NCBI GenBank assembly: GCA_021613535.1
Contig: CP075494.1
Coordinates: 9,176,001-9,240,000, forward strand
Source: Adineta vaga
Lineage: Eukaryota > Animalia > Rotifera
DNA length: 64,000 nucleotides
Reading direction: 5' to 3'
The notes below the pieces were generated by a model. It was not told where the DNA came from. It saw nothing but the letters and a program-made list of their open reading frames with translations, and did not search any database. The translations under genes and the position numbers were made by a program. Below are positions 1 through 12,622 of this stretch, one piece after another. Within the stretch, counting starts at the first letter, position 1. Every line of letters starts with the position of its first letter.

Positions 1-158
1 CCAGATACCTTCGGTAAAGAGATCAATATAATCGCTCGTTTGGGTTTGGGACTTATTTTTTCTCGCTAATTCTAACTGATCAATTGACATAATTCATTTC
101 GATATTTTAAACAGACATCTCTAATTTCGATTTGTTTGTTTCTTTTTTTTTCATCCAG

Positions 159-1378
159 GCATTACGGAAGAAAATCTTGATAAATTATTAAGTCATGCAT
201 TAATCCCAACTGACAAAAAAGGAATTATCTCTAATATGCAACATTTAAATTTACAAATTATTCAAGATCAAAGTCGAGTAAGTGTATTCATATCTTTTTT
301 GTTTGATGAATAAAACAAATCACTCCTCCAGCGTGAAAGTGGAGTATCAGCGGATTTAGGCAGAACATCTGCCATGCATATGGCTACGGAACTATTTATA
401 AAACCGTCCGGGGTGATTTGAATCTTTTCGTTTTCTTCTCTTGATGAGCATGACTAAATCTCTTAGTGACGGTATCTACGTACATAATTTACTTTATTCT
501 CCTTTTCTTCTTCTTCTTCTTTGTCTTCTTCATTTATGTTTAAGCATGAAAAACAATATTTTTCTCTGCATGCAGAAGGAAATAATCGATGAAATATCAA
601 TGATAAATATGAACGAATTTTTTCGTAGGCTGGTAGACGTAAAAACATTCCACAATCAAGAAAGGAGCGTACAGAAACAACCTATACAAATTCAAGATGG
701 ACACCCTATGTTAAAGATATCATGGAGGTACAAAATAGAAGTGAAAAAGAAATAAAATTTTGAAATGAATTCTTTTTTTTTGAAGGATATTATTGATGAA
801 AAATTGGATTCAAGACAATTTCCATTAATCGGTGGACAAAGAAACATTACAGCTAACTTTTCTGCGCAAAGGTAAAGCTAATCAAATAAATGTTACCTGT
901 GAGAAGCAAACCTACTACTAATTTGAGTTTTCAACAAATAGTATCATGTACAAAACTAAAAACGAATAGACGAATCTTTTTTTTATCTATTTCAAACTTG
1001 ATGTTTCATATTACTCAGAATTTTTTCTCTAAAAGAAGAGTCTCAGTGAACGAACGTAAGAATTCCTCTTTTATTTAGTTCTCGAGAATTTGGTGGTTGG
1101 ATGCAAAATCGTAAAGGCGCCGTTCGATCAGGTCCACGTTTAATTGTCTTCATTCTTGGTGGCGTGTGTTATAGTGAGCTTCGTTCTGCTTATGAAGTTA
1201 CTCAAAATAATAATAAGAAATGGGAAGTATTTATCGGTAAGTGAATCGTTTTCTTTTACATGATTTTTGTTTCATGTTTTTTTCGTTCTAATATTTAATA
1301 GGTAGTGATCATATTGTAACTCCGAGACAATTCTTACGCGATCTTGAGATGAAACCACGGCAAGAAGATGAACAGTAG
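159..1378 (+). CDS. unc-18: Munc18/Sec1 family syntaxin-binding protein (STXBP1/unc-18/Rop), 3' exons only; 5' part lies outside the window
   Basis: Spliced exons starting at 159, 629, ~787, ~1079 and ~1302 translate [17 protein letters not shown]...[31 protein letters not shown]...[27 protein letters not shown]...[13 protein letters not shown], matching the Munc18 C-terminus. Stop TAG at 1376-1378. Confidence 0.93.
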
Positions 1379-1902
1379 AAATATGCAAACCATCAGATTT
1401 CCACGTATTCTGTGTTTATTTTATTTTTTCCATGAACAGCACAACATTTTCATTCATTCATTCATTGTCTTCTCTCCTTTTATTTATAATCTTGTACACA
1501 ATGCTTCTTGTTTGTTTGTGTAGCTTGCTCGACGCGCATATATTACTTTTGTCTTCTATTCAGTCTTTTTTAAAATTCATTAATCAAATATTCCCTCATA
1601 TATTCATACGTCAAACTAATCTTGTGCAATGTTTTCTTCTTTTGTCTATGTTGTAGAACGCGCGTATCTATATATATATAAACATGAAACTTACTTTTGT
1701 CTTCAGCGAACAGTGTTTCCAAACGAGATATCCTTTTTTTCTCTGTTAGTGTATTTGTGTACCTAATTGCCTCTATTTATTGAATATGCATCTTCGTATT
1801 TTTCTTTTCTTTTTTTTGCTTGTGCACAGCAAATCTATGTGTTCTAGAGATGAATTAATCAAATAAAAATTATTCACCATATAAACTACTTGTTTTCTTC
1901 CG

Positions 1903-1942
1903 TATATATATATATATATATATATAGATGTGTGTGTGTGTG
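1903..1942. repeat. compound (TA)n/(TG)n microsatellite
   Basis: Directly visible TA run followed by a TG run just past the Munc18 3' region. Confidence 0.9.
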
Positions 1943-4452
1943 ACAAACATTGAGGATGACTTCTATTGATAGCATTGGTTTTTATGCATCAATGATTTGA
2001 AAAAATATATTTCTCTATGTAAATAGAATTGTCCAAGAATACTTAACATGATTAGTGAACGAAAAGACTAGAAAGAAAATGTAATTTTTTGGTATTGAAT
2101 ATTCTTCAAAGAAATAGAGAGATGAGATCGATATAAGAAGAAAGGAGACTCTCTTATAGAAAGTTGGATAGATTAATAATAAAGAAGAAAAAGACTTTCA
2201 CCTCTATTTACAAAAATAATAGAATAACATTAAGAGAATGGTCAACTGTTTCTTTCTCTTCAAACTATCATTCTATTTCGTGATTTCAAACATTCTAAAT
2301 TGAATTTTGTTCGATTTTGTCAGTTTTCATTTTATTTTGTTTTATTACTATTTGTACAACGGTATTGGGCGTTTACTAAAGAGTCGTAAGCCGTGAGCAT
2401 ACCGTCATATATGGCGCTATTATAATGAACTTATGATTCGTATTTCTGTCTTAGAAATTAGAGACATATTCGAGACAGTATCCAGATTGTTTCTCTTGTA
2501 TTGCATAACAATCACGTGACGTATTTAGAGCATACAAACAAGCAATTTGTTACTATGAAAGGATGAGACAATAGAAAGAATAAACAATATCATCGATCAT
2601 GATTTATCTTCTGTCATGACTAACAAACAGTGACAAAGCTAAAGATCAACGGATTTTCTCAACTAAAACCATTCATTTTAAATTCTTAATCTTTTCTGAA
2701 ATCTATTTGATAGAAAGCAAAAACAATTCAGGAAAATAAGTAAGGCAAAAAACATGATTCAAAGAGATTAGAATAAAACTACATTCGATTATAAAACAGT
2801 AGCAGCAAAGAAAAAATGATTTTGAAACAGTTCGTTTCGTCACAATGCTTGGATTGTGTTCGTTGTTCACTGAAAAGAGAAAGAAAAAAAACAGTTAACT
2901 CAATTAATTCATTCAATTTTACTGTTTTTCGTTGCTGTCTTGAAATGATTTGAATAATTATATTGACATATCTAATTGTGTATCCATTTATATCGTATTC
3001 GAAGGATTTCAGCAATAGATTTATCGATATTTTAAATTCTGTAAAAGCTATATAATCGAAGCTAATTAAATATCATTAATTAGTATCAATCAGTCATATA
3101 GATTAGAATAATATTACTTGAGTTTTTTTATCAAGCTCTCATGTTCTCATTTAGAATGTCAGATTGAAAAATGTTTCCTTTTATTTTAGATTATATAAGT
3201 ATCTTCATTTTTCGGAAAGATATCTCATTTTCATAAAACTAAATTTATTTAAAAATATACATTTAATTCATCAGCATACCAACGATTCTAATGATCTAAT
3301 GTATTATTCACTAATTTACATCTTTCTATCAAGTCAAGTATTATTGCATGTATGATAGTTTTGTTTTGATCAATTGTTTATCTTGAGACAGAACAGATCA
3401 TTTGTTGGACATCGGTGTTGATTTGCGTCGAGTACAACAAAGAACTCACACATGTTTCGTATTGATCAAGCAAATATTACAAATCTATAATGTCTCAGAA
3501 AACAATTTAAACGTTACATTACATGTTATCAATCAATTCGTAGTATTAATAAACGATTTTCATGACAAATTCATAGCGAAAATTGACTCTATCAAAAGTA
3601 ACTTGTATAGTATTATATCCGAAAATATAATTCATTGTTCAACATCAATCGCAAGGAGTATTTCAATCACGTATTGATTTTTCTCTAACTAAGGAAATAA
3701 AATCAATCATTCTAACAAATATGCTGATTTTCTACTTTTATAGTACAGTATTGCTAACGAGGACGACTAGAATTTTTTTCCAAAAAATGTTAATCTTTAC
3801 CATGTATTTGTTGAAATATATTAGCTAGATCGATATTTACCTATTGGTTTGTAGATTTATAAAACGGAAATTGACGAAAACAATTATGAATTAGTATTAG
3901 AAGTTAATCATAATGTATACTGTCGTTGTACAACAAAAAATATTTCCATAATAAACTTTATGTGTGGTTGATATTTCTTCGACATACTATTACGATGATA
4001 ACAAATACAATAATAAAACTAATTAGATAGTGACTGTGGAACGTCTTCTTATTTATGTATGTAAAAATTCATAATATTCTTCGTAGAAACTTTGTTTAGT
4101 GTCATATTTCAGAAACAGAGTTTAATTCAATAAGTATAAAAGAATGTATAAATCTATGAGCAAGTCATCTATTCCGTCGATTGATATAGTATAGACTCGA
4201 GCCATGGATTTGTGTTGAAGAAAAAAATTCACGAGTGAATCAGATTATGAGAAAGAACTGATCTGAACATATCAACGTATAATTCAAAAATAGTGACGAT
4301 GAATGATGCGAATTCTCGACAGATTTCATCATTGTAAATCAAAATGAGTTAACTATCGATATTTGTGAGCTTTGATAGGAAATGATAGAATGTATTTCTT
4401 CGAATGTGAAAACTTTCATAGAATATTAAAAATCTTTTCATTTTTTATAAGT

Positions 4453-5248
4453 CTAAAGTGATTCTGATTGAAGATTGAATTCGAATTTGACGCTTAATAA
4501 ATGAGTTAAATATTGATAGATATGTACTAATTGAAACATTACGAGATCAACAATTGATTTGATTTCTTGATTTTGTTGATGAGTAATTATAAATCTTATA
4601 TTAAATGTTGAAACAACAAGTCCAAGAAATGCAATATAATTGAGATAACTCGTATGAAGTTCAATTCCGAAAAGAATATTGCTAGCAAATAGAATATAGC
4701 AAACGAGAGAAGATAAGAAGATGATAAAAGATGTAGATGAATCGAATGTATAACCAGAATATTCAGTAATACCAAAGATGAATATAAGACATGAGTAAAT
4801 GATAAAATAAGGAATAGAAATATAGAAACCTAAATAAATTTAAGTTAATCAATAGAAAACTCAATGAATCTTGATGGAATACGACTATATTCTCCAAAAA
4901 TAAAGCAGAACTCATTTCCTATGTATTATGTCACTGTAGATTTTCGATACGAAATGAATTCGTACCTTCATCTATTGTATAATCTTTATATGTATAATTA
5001 ATCCCTATACTTAATGTAATAATTAATAAAATCGATATAATCATTCTCATCCAATGATCTGTTAGATATGTACTAAGAAACATCAAACAATAAGCCAACC
5101 ACATTGCTCTTATACTTAATAATTTCGATGGAATTTTCTCGAGAAGTTTTGAAATTTCATTTATTTCATTTTGTAGATAAATCAGTGTAAAAATCGATAT
5201 CAGTTGGAGACTCGCTTCACCGAAAATAAAAAAAACATTATCGTCCAT
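4453..5248 (-). CDS. orphan multi-pass membrane protein (about 231 aa, 3 exons)
   Basis: Exons 5248-4966, 4918-4883 and 4829-4453 join in phase 1 across 47 and 53 nt GT-AG introns with no stops. Several hydrophobic segments. Internal repeat DNVFFIFGEAS / NEFCFIFGEYS. Confidence 0.6.
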
Positions 5249-5469
5249 AAATAATTTCCATTAATCATCGATTTGACGAAAAAAGTAGATTCGATTTAGG
5301 AAAAAAAGCGCTATTTATTTCTTTTAACAACAAACAAAAAAAATAATAAGAATAAAATTCATTCCCAATAATTTCCACACACAGAGATTCAAAGCAGTTA
5401 GAAAAAGAGCGTCAGATTAACATCACCTTCATAAGAGAAGAGTGAGAGACATTTCTTTAAAAAAAAAGA

Positions 5470-8400
5470 TTATGCATGATAATCTTCAGATTTTGGAAGC
5501 ACAATATGTTGTAATTCATCATGAATGGATGAAATGATATTTTTTGTATTTAAAACACTTCGTTTAGCCATTATATATTCATCTCGATAATCATTACGTC
5601 GATATAGATTATTATCTACTTCGGGTTCAACCCAAGCTGAACGTATTTGTCCTCGATTTTTCGATATCGAATCAACATAAACACCATCATTATTAAATTG
5701 ATGTTGTCGTCGTTGTTCAATATGCCCACCATTGTGACGCATCTTTGCTTCTTGATCAGTTTCAAGACGAGTTCGTGCCGTTCGTTTAGGATTAGCGTAA
5801 GCATCGGTCGCTGTCGCAGCACGATCAGCAATATTTGTATCATCGTAGAATAGTGGAGGATTTGAACGAGAACTATATTGAGTTAAACGTTGATCATCAA
5901 TGTTATATTTAGGAATTAATTCGACAGGTTTTGAACGTGCTATATCAGAAGTACGATCACCCGCTTCATAAGGATTATAACGTAGACGAAGAATGGATGG
6001 ATCAGGACGTTCTGAAACTTGTGCAAGAACAGGTATATGAGGAATTTGTGGCGCATTAGTAATAATAGGTTGATTTTTCGAATTATCCGAAGCGGAATGG
6101 ATGCGACGACGTTGACGACGTCGTTTTTGTCTTTCGGTCTCGCTATCTGGATTATAGGTTTCTTCACTATCAGCTTTATCGAGAACTTCATCTAATAAAC
6201 GATGTAATTTTGTTCGTCCAGCTTCAATTTCTGGTGATTGTGCTGAACGATGTGATGCATGAGTAGAGACAATACCATTTTCTGTTGAAGGATCATGAAC
6301 ATAAACACGATTATCATACTGATAAGGACTTGTACCTAAATAAAAATATGAGAATGTTTTCAAATTTCAAATGACTATTGTAGATTATTAACTATGACTT
6401 CTGTTCTTATTTTTGGTGCTGCTTGCCTTGATTATATCGCACAAGTTAATCATTTTCCTCAACCCGATGAAAAACTTCGTACCAATTCTTTAACTATATG
6501 TGGTGGTGGTAATGCAGGTAATACTGCAACATGTCTTAGTCGTTTAGGTATTCAACTCAAACTGATGACAAAAATAGGTCCTGATGCTAATGGTGATAAG
6601 ATTCTTCAAGATCTTCGTGAAGAAAAGAATATCGATACATCATTGATTCTAATTGATCCAACAATAATTAGTCCAATGACATATACTATTGTAGATATGG
6701 AATCAACAACTCGAACATGTTTATTCAGTGCAAAGAATGAACAAATACTTGTCAATGATATTCAATCTCAATGTTTAGATCAAATTCATTACATTCATTT
6801 TGATAGTCGTTCCACTGAAGCTGCTGTTCATTTGGCTAAGTTAGCTAAAGAAAAATCGATTCTATGTTCACTTGATCTTGAACGAGAAAGACCTCATTTA
6901 AATCAATTAATTCCTTTAATGGATTATATTATAACGACAGAAAATTATTCATTACGTGTCTGTCGTGATTCATCTCTGATAGAAACAGCAAAGCGTCTTC
7001 TTCAAACATGTAAATTTGTTATAATAACTTGTGGTAAAAATGGAAGTATACTCGTTGAACGATTAGATAAAAACTCTTTATCTCAAACGAAAGACAATCC
7101 TGATCATGGAAGTATGGTTACACGAGAAGTTCATCAAATAAATGGAGAAGATTTTACAGTATGGAAATGTACAGCATGGCCTGTCAAATCGGAAGAAATC
7201 ACTGATACAACAGGTTGTGGTGATTCATTTATTGGTGGAGTTCTTTATTGTCTGTTAAGAAAAGAATTTTGGTCAAGAGATCAATTACTTCGTTTTGCTT
7301 CTTACATTGCAATGTGTAAAATAAAAGGAATTGGAGCACGTTCTTCCTTACCTTATCTTTCAGATATTAATATGAACTTATTCGAATAAAACAATGACTT
7401 ACTTGATGAAACTGAATTTCGATGTCCAGTTGTCGACGACTAAATCAACAAGAAGAATCAATTTAAATGTTATGTTTTCTTGAATAAAATCCTTTTTTTT
7501 TATTACATGATATTGTTCTTCTAAACGAAGTTTATTTCTCCAACGTTCAACATCATTTTGACGACGAATTTCATCCATTGGTATTTCAGTAGGAACGGAA
7601 TGTTGAACAACGTGATTTGAACTACCTTCTGAGTCAGTAGATGCTAAACGATGAAAAGGAGTGCTTCCACCAACCAATGGGTCGTGTTTAGTTAATATAT
7701 GAACACTCTTTCCATTCGCTGTTGTTGCTGTAGTTGTTGTCGGTGGTGGTTGAGTTAGAACTTCATTCGAAATAGGAGGATTATTCTATTGAAAAAAAAA
7801 CCATACAAAGTTTAGATTTCTTTTGAGGTAAAACGAATGCTTTCATCATGTAAACAAACAATATTGACAAAATCATTCCTTCGGCAATCTACTACTTGAA
7901 GTTTTACTAATGTGAAATCTTGTGTGATAAAATGCAGTAGCTTGAAGCAAATTTTTTTCATTCAGATGAAAGAAAAGCAATTCATACGATTTTAACCGCG
8001 CATCTAATCTCAAGTAGAAAACTCTCGATGTATACTCAAAACAAACCACAAATGTTTTACGAATCAATTCTTTCTTTTCTTCCAATAGCTTACTGTAGAT
8101 CGAGTTGATAATGGTGCATTTTGTAGAGGCTAAGAAAAATTGATAAGAATTATTATTTTAAAAGGTATGCTCGTTACTATACTTTGACTAATAATCGATT
8201 TGTTTGTCGCGGACGACATTTATAATGAAGATAACAAAAGATAAAGATGAGTACGACAGCAAAAGCTACAGGTCCAAGAACGGCACCAATAATCCATAAT
8301 TTCTGATCAGCAACAGGATTATCTGTTGATGCAATACTCGTACTTCGGATTAATTCATCTTCATAATTCAATCCGAGAATATCAGTAATCTGTGCTCGAG

Positions 8401-11141
8401 ATAATTTGTCTGTAGCTGATTTTACTAGAATTGGTGCAACTAATGTATTTGAACTACAGGAATCTAGTACAGTATAATTAGTCTGATATTTTTTTGGTGT
8501 GATTGTTGAAATCTAGGTTAATATCAGAATAATATTTTATGAAAAACATATTTTAGAGAAAGAAAATATGTTTACTTCAGCTATATTTGAAACAAGATTA
8601 ACATTATAACCAGTGGCGCATATCTCACGTCTAATACGTTGTCTTGTTTGTGTACAATTAGTAGCAGATGAATTGGCTTCACAGCGAAAGGCAAAATTCA
8701 TAATTTGAATAAGTTTTTGACGAATAGATTCTCGTGTTGAATTATCATTTGGATTAAATGTTTGATTCAAAGGTGCAATGAGAACTGAAATTGTAGAGAA
8801 AAATATTAATTTATTCATTAACTAATCTGTTAGAAAATATCTGCATACCAGTGGAAATAATATAGGATAGTGATATCGTAGTTGTAGTAATTGTAGTACT
8901 AACTGTTGTTGTTGTTGTCGTTGAATTATTTGCATCAGTATTCACTGTTGTTTGATTAATTGTGTCTATAGGATATAAATATTCATAGAAAAGATATTGA
9001 AAAAAAGTGAGAAAGAACAGATAATAGTAATGATTCAACAAAATAGCAGACTTTCTTGTATTTGATATGATTACCTGGACGAAAAGAAGAAGTCAATGTA
9101 GTTTGTGCTCTTACATAAATTGAACTACTACTGCTCGCAAATGTATTAGTAGATGAAAATAAAGTATTCACAATCGATCGTTCTGAGCTACTTCGTTCAG
9201 AGATCGTTGTAGTGAACTGACTAGATTGTAATGAGATTGCAGGTGAAGTTTTTGGAGATTCGGTAGTTATTATTGTCGAGATCAGTCTACTTGACAGCGA
9301 ACTGATTCCGGATACATGTGATGATGATGATGAATCAGTTCGAATGGAAGTAAACATGATAGTTGGTGTATTTGATGTTATTGAAGTATCATGTGAAAGT
9401 GAACTCGTGGGATTTGAAGATAAAGTTCCTTTTGTTGTACCATCCGTATTTTTGGTTGTGTAAGTATAAAATGATGAAGAAATACTCGGTATTGATGTTA
9501 CTGAACTTGTTATGGTCGTGATATGATTAGTAGAAGCTTGTGAACTAACTATTGAGCTCATACTAGTAGTCATTGTATTTCTTGCAACTACTGTTGAAAC
9601 AGTATTTGTATAAGTTGTTAATAGTGTTTCTAGAATTTTTGTTGATGACATTTGTGTAACAGATGTTACACTGGACGTCATCAACGATGAATAAACTGAA
9701 TTGGATATGTTATTCATTCTACTAGTAGTATATATAGCTGATGGACTAAGATTTGTACTTGTACTAGTTATCATTTGCGAATACAATGATGAAGATGTTA
9801 TTATGGTTGTAGGTAATGAACTTGTATAACTTGTCTGTGTAGTGTCATTTATTGCTAAAATCAAAGAGAGAATGATGTTCGAATAGGGTCATTTTCTTTA
9901 TGATCCAAAATTATTGTTGTTAGCCAGGCATATAACTATATATGTATATATGATTGCAAGCAGATGATTAGTTGCTATTGTATCTATCGAGCGCAATGTA
10001 AAAATGATAATTTGATAGACATGCAAATAAGATACAACGATAACAATACAAGCACAATTATACATAGATACAAATTAGAAGATAAACTAACTCACCATCA
10101 GCCCTTTTTACTAAATAAATCAATAAGAAGACAAATGGGTTATTTATAACTACCAACTAGCATATTATATTAATTTCTACTATTAATTATTCAATCACAA
10201 TAAAAACAAATAGTTTCTTACCTCGAATAATAGTTTCAGGTTGATCTTTCACGAACGTCGATTCTACAAAATCAAAATTCATTAAATAATCAAGAATCGA
10301 TCAAATAATACTAACTATAAGTTTGAAGATGATAAACACTGAATGCATCTAGACCAACAACAATCCGTCTTGTTCATATCTGAATTTTTATGACATTTTA
10401 TATTACATAGATTTGTATTTAATAATGGCACATTTAATTCATTTCCACAATAGCATAAATTACTAGTGAAGAGAGAAAAGGAAATCAAAAAGAAAATGAG
10501 AGACTATCAAAGGATTTTTCATACGCATTTGCAATTCCTGCATAAATATAATTTCTAGCACATTGTTCAATACATTCTTTTAATGATTCTACAACATTCA
10601 TTTTTATCTGTAATGATACCTTAGGAAAACATCCATGATAACCAACACGATTATTTTCACAAACAGAAACTAAAATATAGAAATCAAGTTGAATTATCGG
10701 GTATAAAAAAATATAAACTACTTGTTTTATATTCATCTAATGAATTATCTACATGATAAACACTATTTCGTCTATATCCACCACATTTTTCAGAGGTTGA
10801 ACAAAGATGATCACATTCATCTTCAGAAACTTGACCATAAATTCCATAACGATGTCCACAACGACATTCATTTTCATATTGAATAGCTGCATAAGGAAAT
10901 TTTTGTTCATGACAATGAAGGATACATTCTTTCGGCGTTAATTGTTCATAATCACCAATAAATGTACTCAGATCTCGATCACCAATTTGATCAATAAAAC
11001 AACCCAAATATTGATTTGAAGCTAGAAGAAAAGGTTTTTTTTGTTGAAAACAAAATCTTAAGAATCTTTTTCAGTTTTCTTACCACGAATAATCGTTATT
11101 GAAACGATTAAATACGAGAAGATAATTATTACATTCATCAT
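5470..11141 (-). CDS. single-pass receptor-like protein: signal peptide, 2 WSC domains, Ser/Thr mucin stalk, TM, KIAA1549/UPF0606-like cytoplasmic tail (frameshift in second WSC exon)
   Basis: Signal exon MMNVIIIFSYLIVSITIIR (11141-11084); WSC YLGCFIDQIGDRDL...CGGYRRNSVY; S/T-rich ORF 8983-9864; TM LWIIGAVLGPVAFAVVLIFIFCYL. Tail motifs ERWRNKLRL, TKLHRLLDEVL and IISSIHDELQ recall KIAA1549(L). Stop at 5470. Confidence 0.75.
6394..7389 (+). CDS. pfkB/ribokinase-family carbohydrate kinase (ketohexokinase/YihV-like, plant/algal type), intronless, nested antisense in an intron
   Basis: 331 aa ORF with GGGNAGNTATCLSRLG (pfkB signature 1) and DTTGCGDSFIGG (signature 2, anion hole and catalytic Asp). 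Confidence 0.92.
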   Translation: MTSVLIFGAACLDYIAQVNHFPQPDEKLRTNSLTICGGGNAGNTATCLSRLGIQLKLMTKIGPDANGDKILQDLREEKNIDTSLILIDPTIISPMTYTIVDMESTTRTCLFSAKNEQILVNDIQSQCLDQIHYIHFDSRSTEAAVHLAKLAKEKSILCSLDLERERPHLNQLIPLMDYIITTENYSLRVCRDSSLIETAKRLLQTCKFVIITCGKNGSILVERLDKNSLSQTKDNPDHGSMVTREVHQINGEDFTVWKCTAWPVKSEEITDTTGCGDSFIGGVLYCLLRKEFWSRDQLLRFASYIAMCKIKGIGARSSLPYLSDINMNLFE

Positions 11142-12536
11142 CGTTGTCGCTCATACCAAAAGATACTGAATGATTGCATCACTCTAGAAGAAAAACGGCT
11201 ATATTTCCTTTTTTTCTATAGAAACGAAAAGTCTTGTTATTTCATTGGATATATATCAATAATGTGAAAATAATTTCAGTCACATACATTCATTGTACAA
11301 CAATCTTTCGTCTGTCCTTCTCTTCATTTATTGTTATATTATAAGTATACAAAACCGAGAGAGAGAGAGAGAGAGAAAAGGGATTTTTTTTTGTGCATGA
11401 GTTGATGATTAAAAAACAAAGAAAAAATGTAAAGGATTTAGATTTAGACAAGACAAGAACGTTTGTTTTCTTTTGCGCGTCGTCGTCATAACAATATCAC
11501 GTACGTTAATAAAAGAAGAAAAATAAAGGATCAAAATTAGGAGAAGAATTTGTGGTAATTAAAAGACCTTGATCGATAAGTTGATGGCATCGATTGATTA
11601 TGGTTTCATGCCTATTAACAAAATGAGAGAGGGAGAAAGAAAGAAAAACGTGCGCACGTCCATATACTTACACGAACAACTGATATGGGAGATTTGTTCG
11701 CATTTACTTCATTCAGAAGTGAGACATTCATGTGAAAAGAAAAACAGAATAGATTACCTGTTAACTGACACACCAAGAATTGAGTAAAAAAAGAAAAATG
11801 AGAAAAGAATTCGAAGAGAATTATACTGTGAAATCTGATCCGTTTCATGTTCATTTTTTTGAAAAGATTGTCTCTTAGTAGAGAATCAAATATTATTACG
11901 AAATAACATTAGGTCAAATATAGTCTTTTACTTCATAATAGTTATTGTAGTTGTAACGTTAGTATCAATAATTAATCTAAATTTCATTCAAAAGGAAAAA
12001 GAAGAAGAAGGAGAAGAAGAAGAAACAACTGTTAATAGTAATGTGTTTGTTTCTTGATCAACTAAAGAAAGAAATTCCACTCGACATGAAGCCTTATCAA
12101 AGATTTATCTAAGCAACCATTTTTATTTCTACCACAGTAGATCAACATTTAATTAACATGCTAAAAAAATATATATACCTTCTATTTTCTTTTCAAATGT
12201 TATTTTATGAAATACAAATTAAATTGATTTTAGATTACATTGATATAAGAATAGGTATTCGTTAAATAACTTTTGTTCACTGTACTTACCTTATACTATT
12301 TAGAAAAATAAACAATTGTTCATCCTTTTCTGTTGTTATTATTATTATTATATATCAAAGATTCCAATACAATTAATTCTAACAAATTATGTTCCTTGGT
12401 GGAAGAAAGATATTGCGGTTGATGAGATGATTCATAAATCTTTATACAGTCTGCACCATTTTTCGTTCAAACTCTTGTTGCCAAGCATTATCCTACTACC
12501 TATATGTAATTATACTCGTTCTCTTCGATGAAAATG

Positions 12537-12547
12537 AGCGACATCTA
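12537..12547 (-). promoter_or_regulatory. recurrent TAGATGTCGCT (CTCF-core-like) motif, copy 1
   Basis: Exact 11-mer, also at 46633-46643 (+) and 57627-57637 (-); intergenic, about 200 bp upstream of SMT. Confidence 0.45.
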
Positions 12548-12589
12548 GGATAAGGCATCATATCATATTGATATATTCAAATTTAAGAG

Positions 12590-12622
12590 ATCACGCCATT
12601 TGACTTAAGACAATCACGCCAT
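12590..12622 (+). promoter_or_regulatory. tandem SRE-like elements (ATCACGCCAT x2) upstream of the sterol methyltransferase
   Basis: Two exact copies at 12590-12599 and 12613-12622 fit the SREBP consensus ATCACNCCAY. A TATA-like run lies at about 12697-12710 and the ATG at 12749. Confidence 0.55.

Noticed and set aside
2355-2500. GC-richer patch resembling a decayed MITE or other repeat
   Set aside because: No terminal inverted repeats, target-site duplication or second copy could be shown in the window.
3390-4400. Patches with coding-like composition, including ORF 3402-3677
   Set aside because: Multiple stops and no recognisable motif; possibly pseudogene debris, but unsupported.
10154-10176. 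Another candidate microexon in the WSC gene
   Set aside because: Candidate lengths (19 or 23 nt) are not frame-preserving, and the longer one includes a stop.
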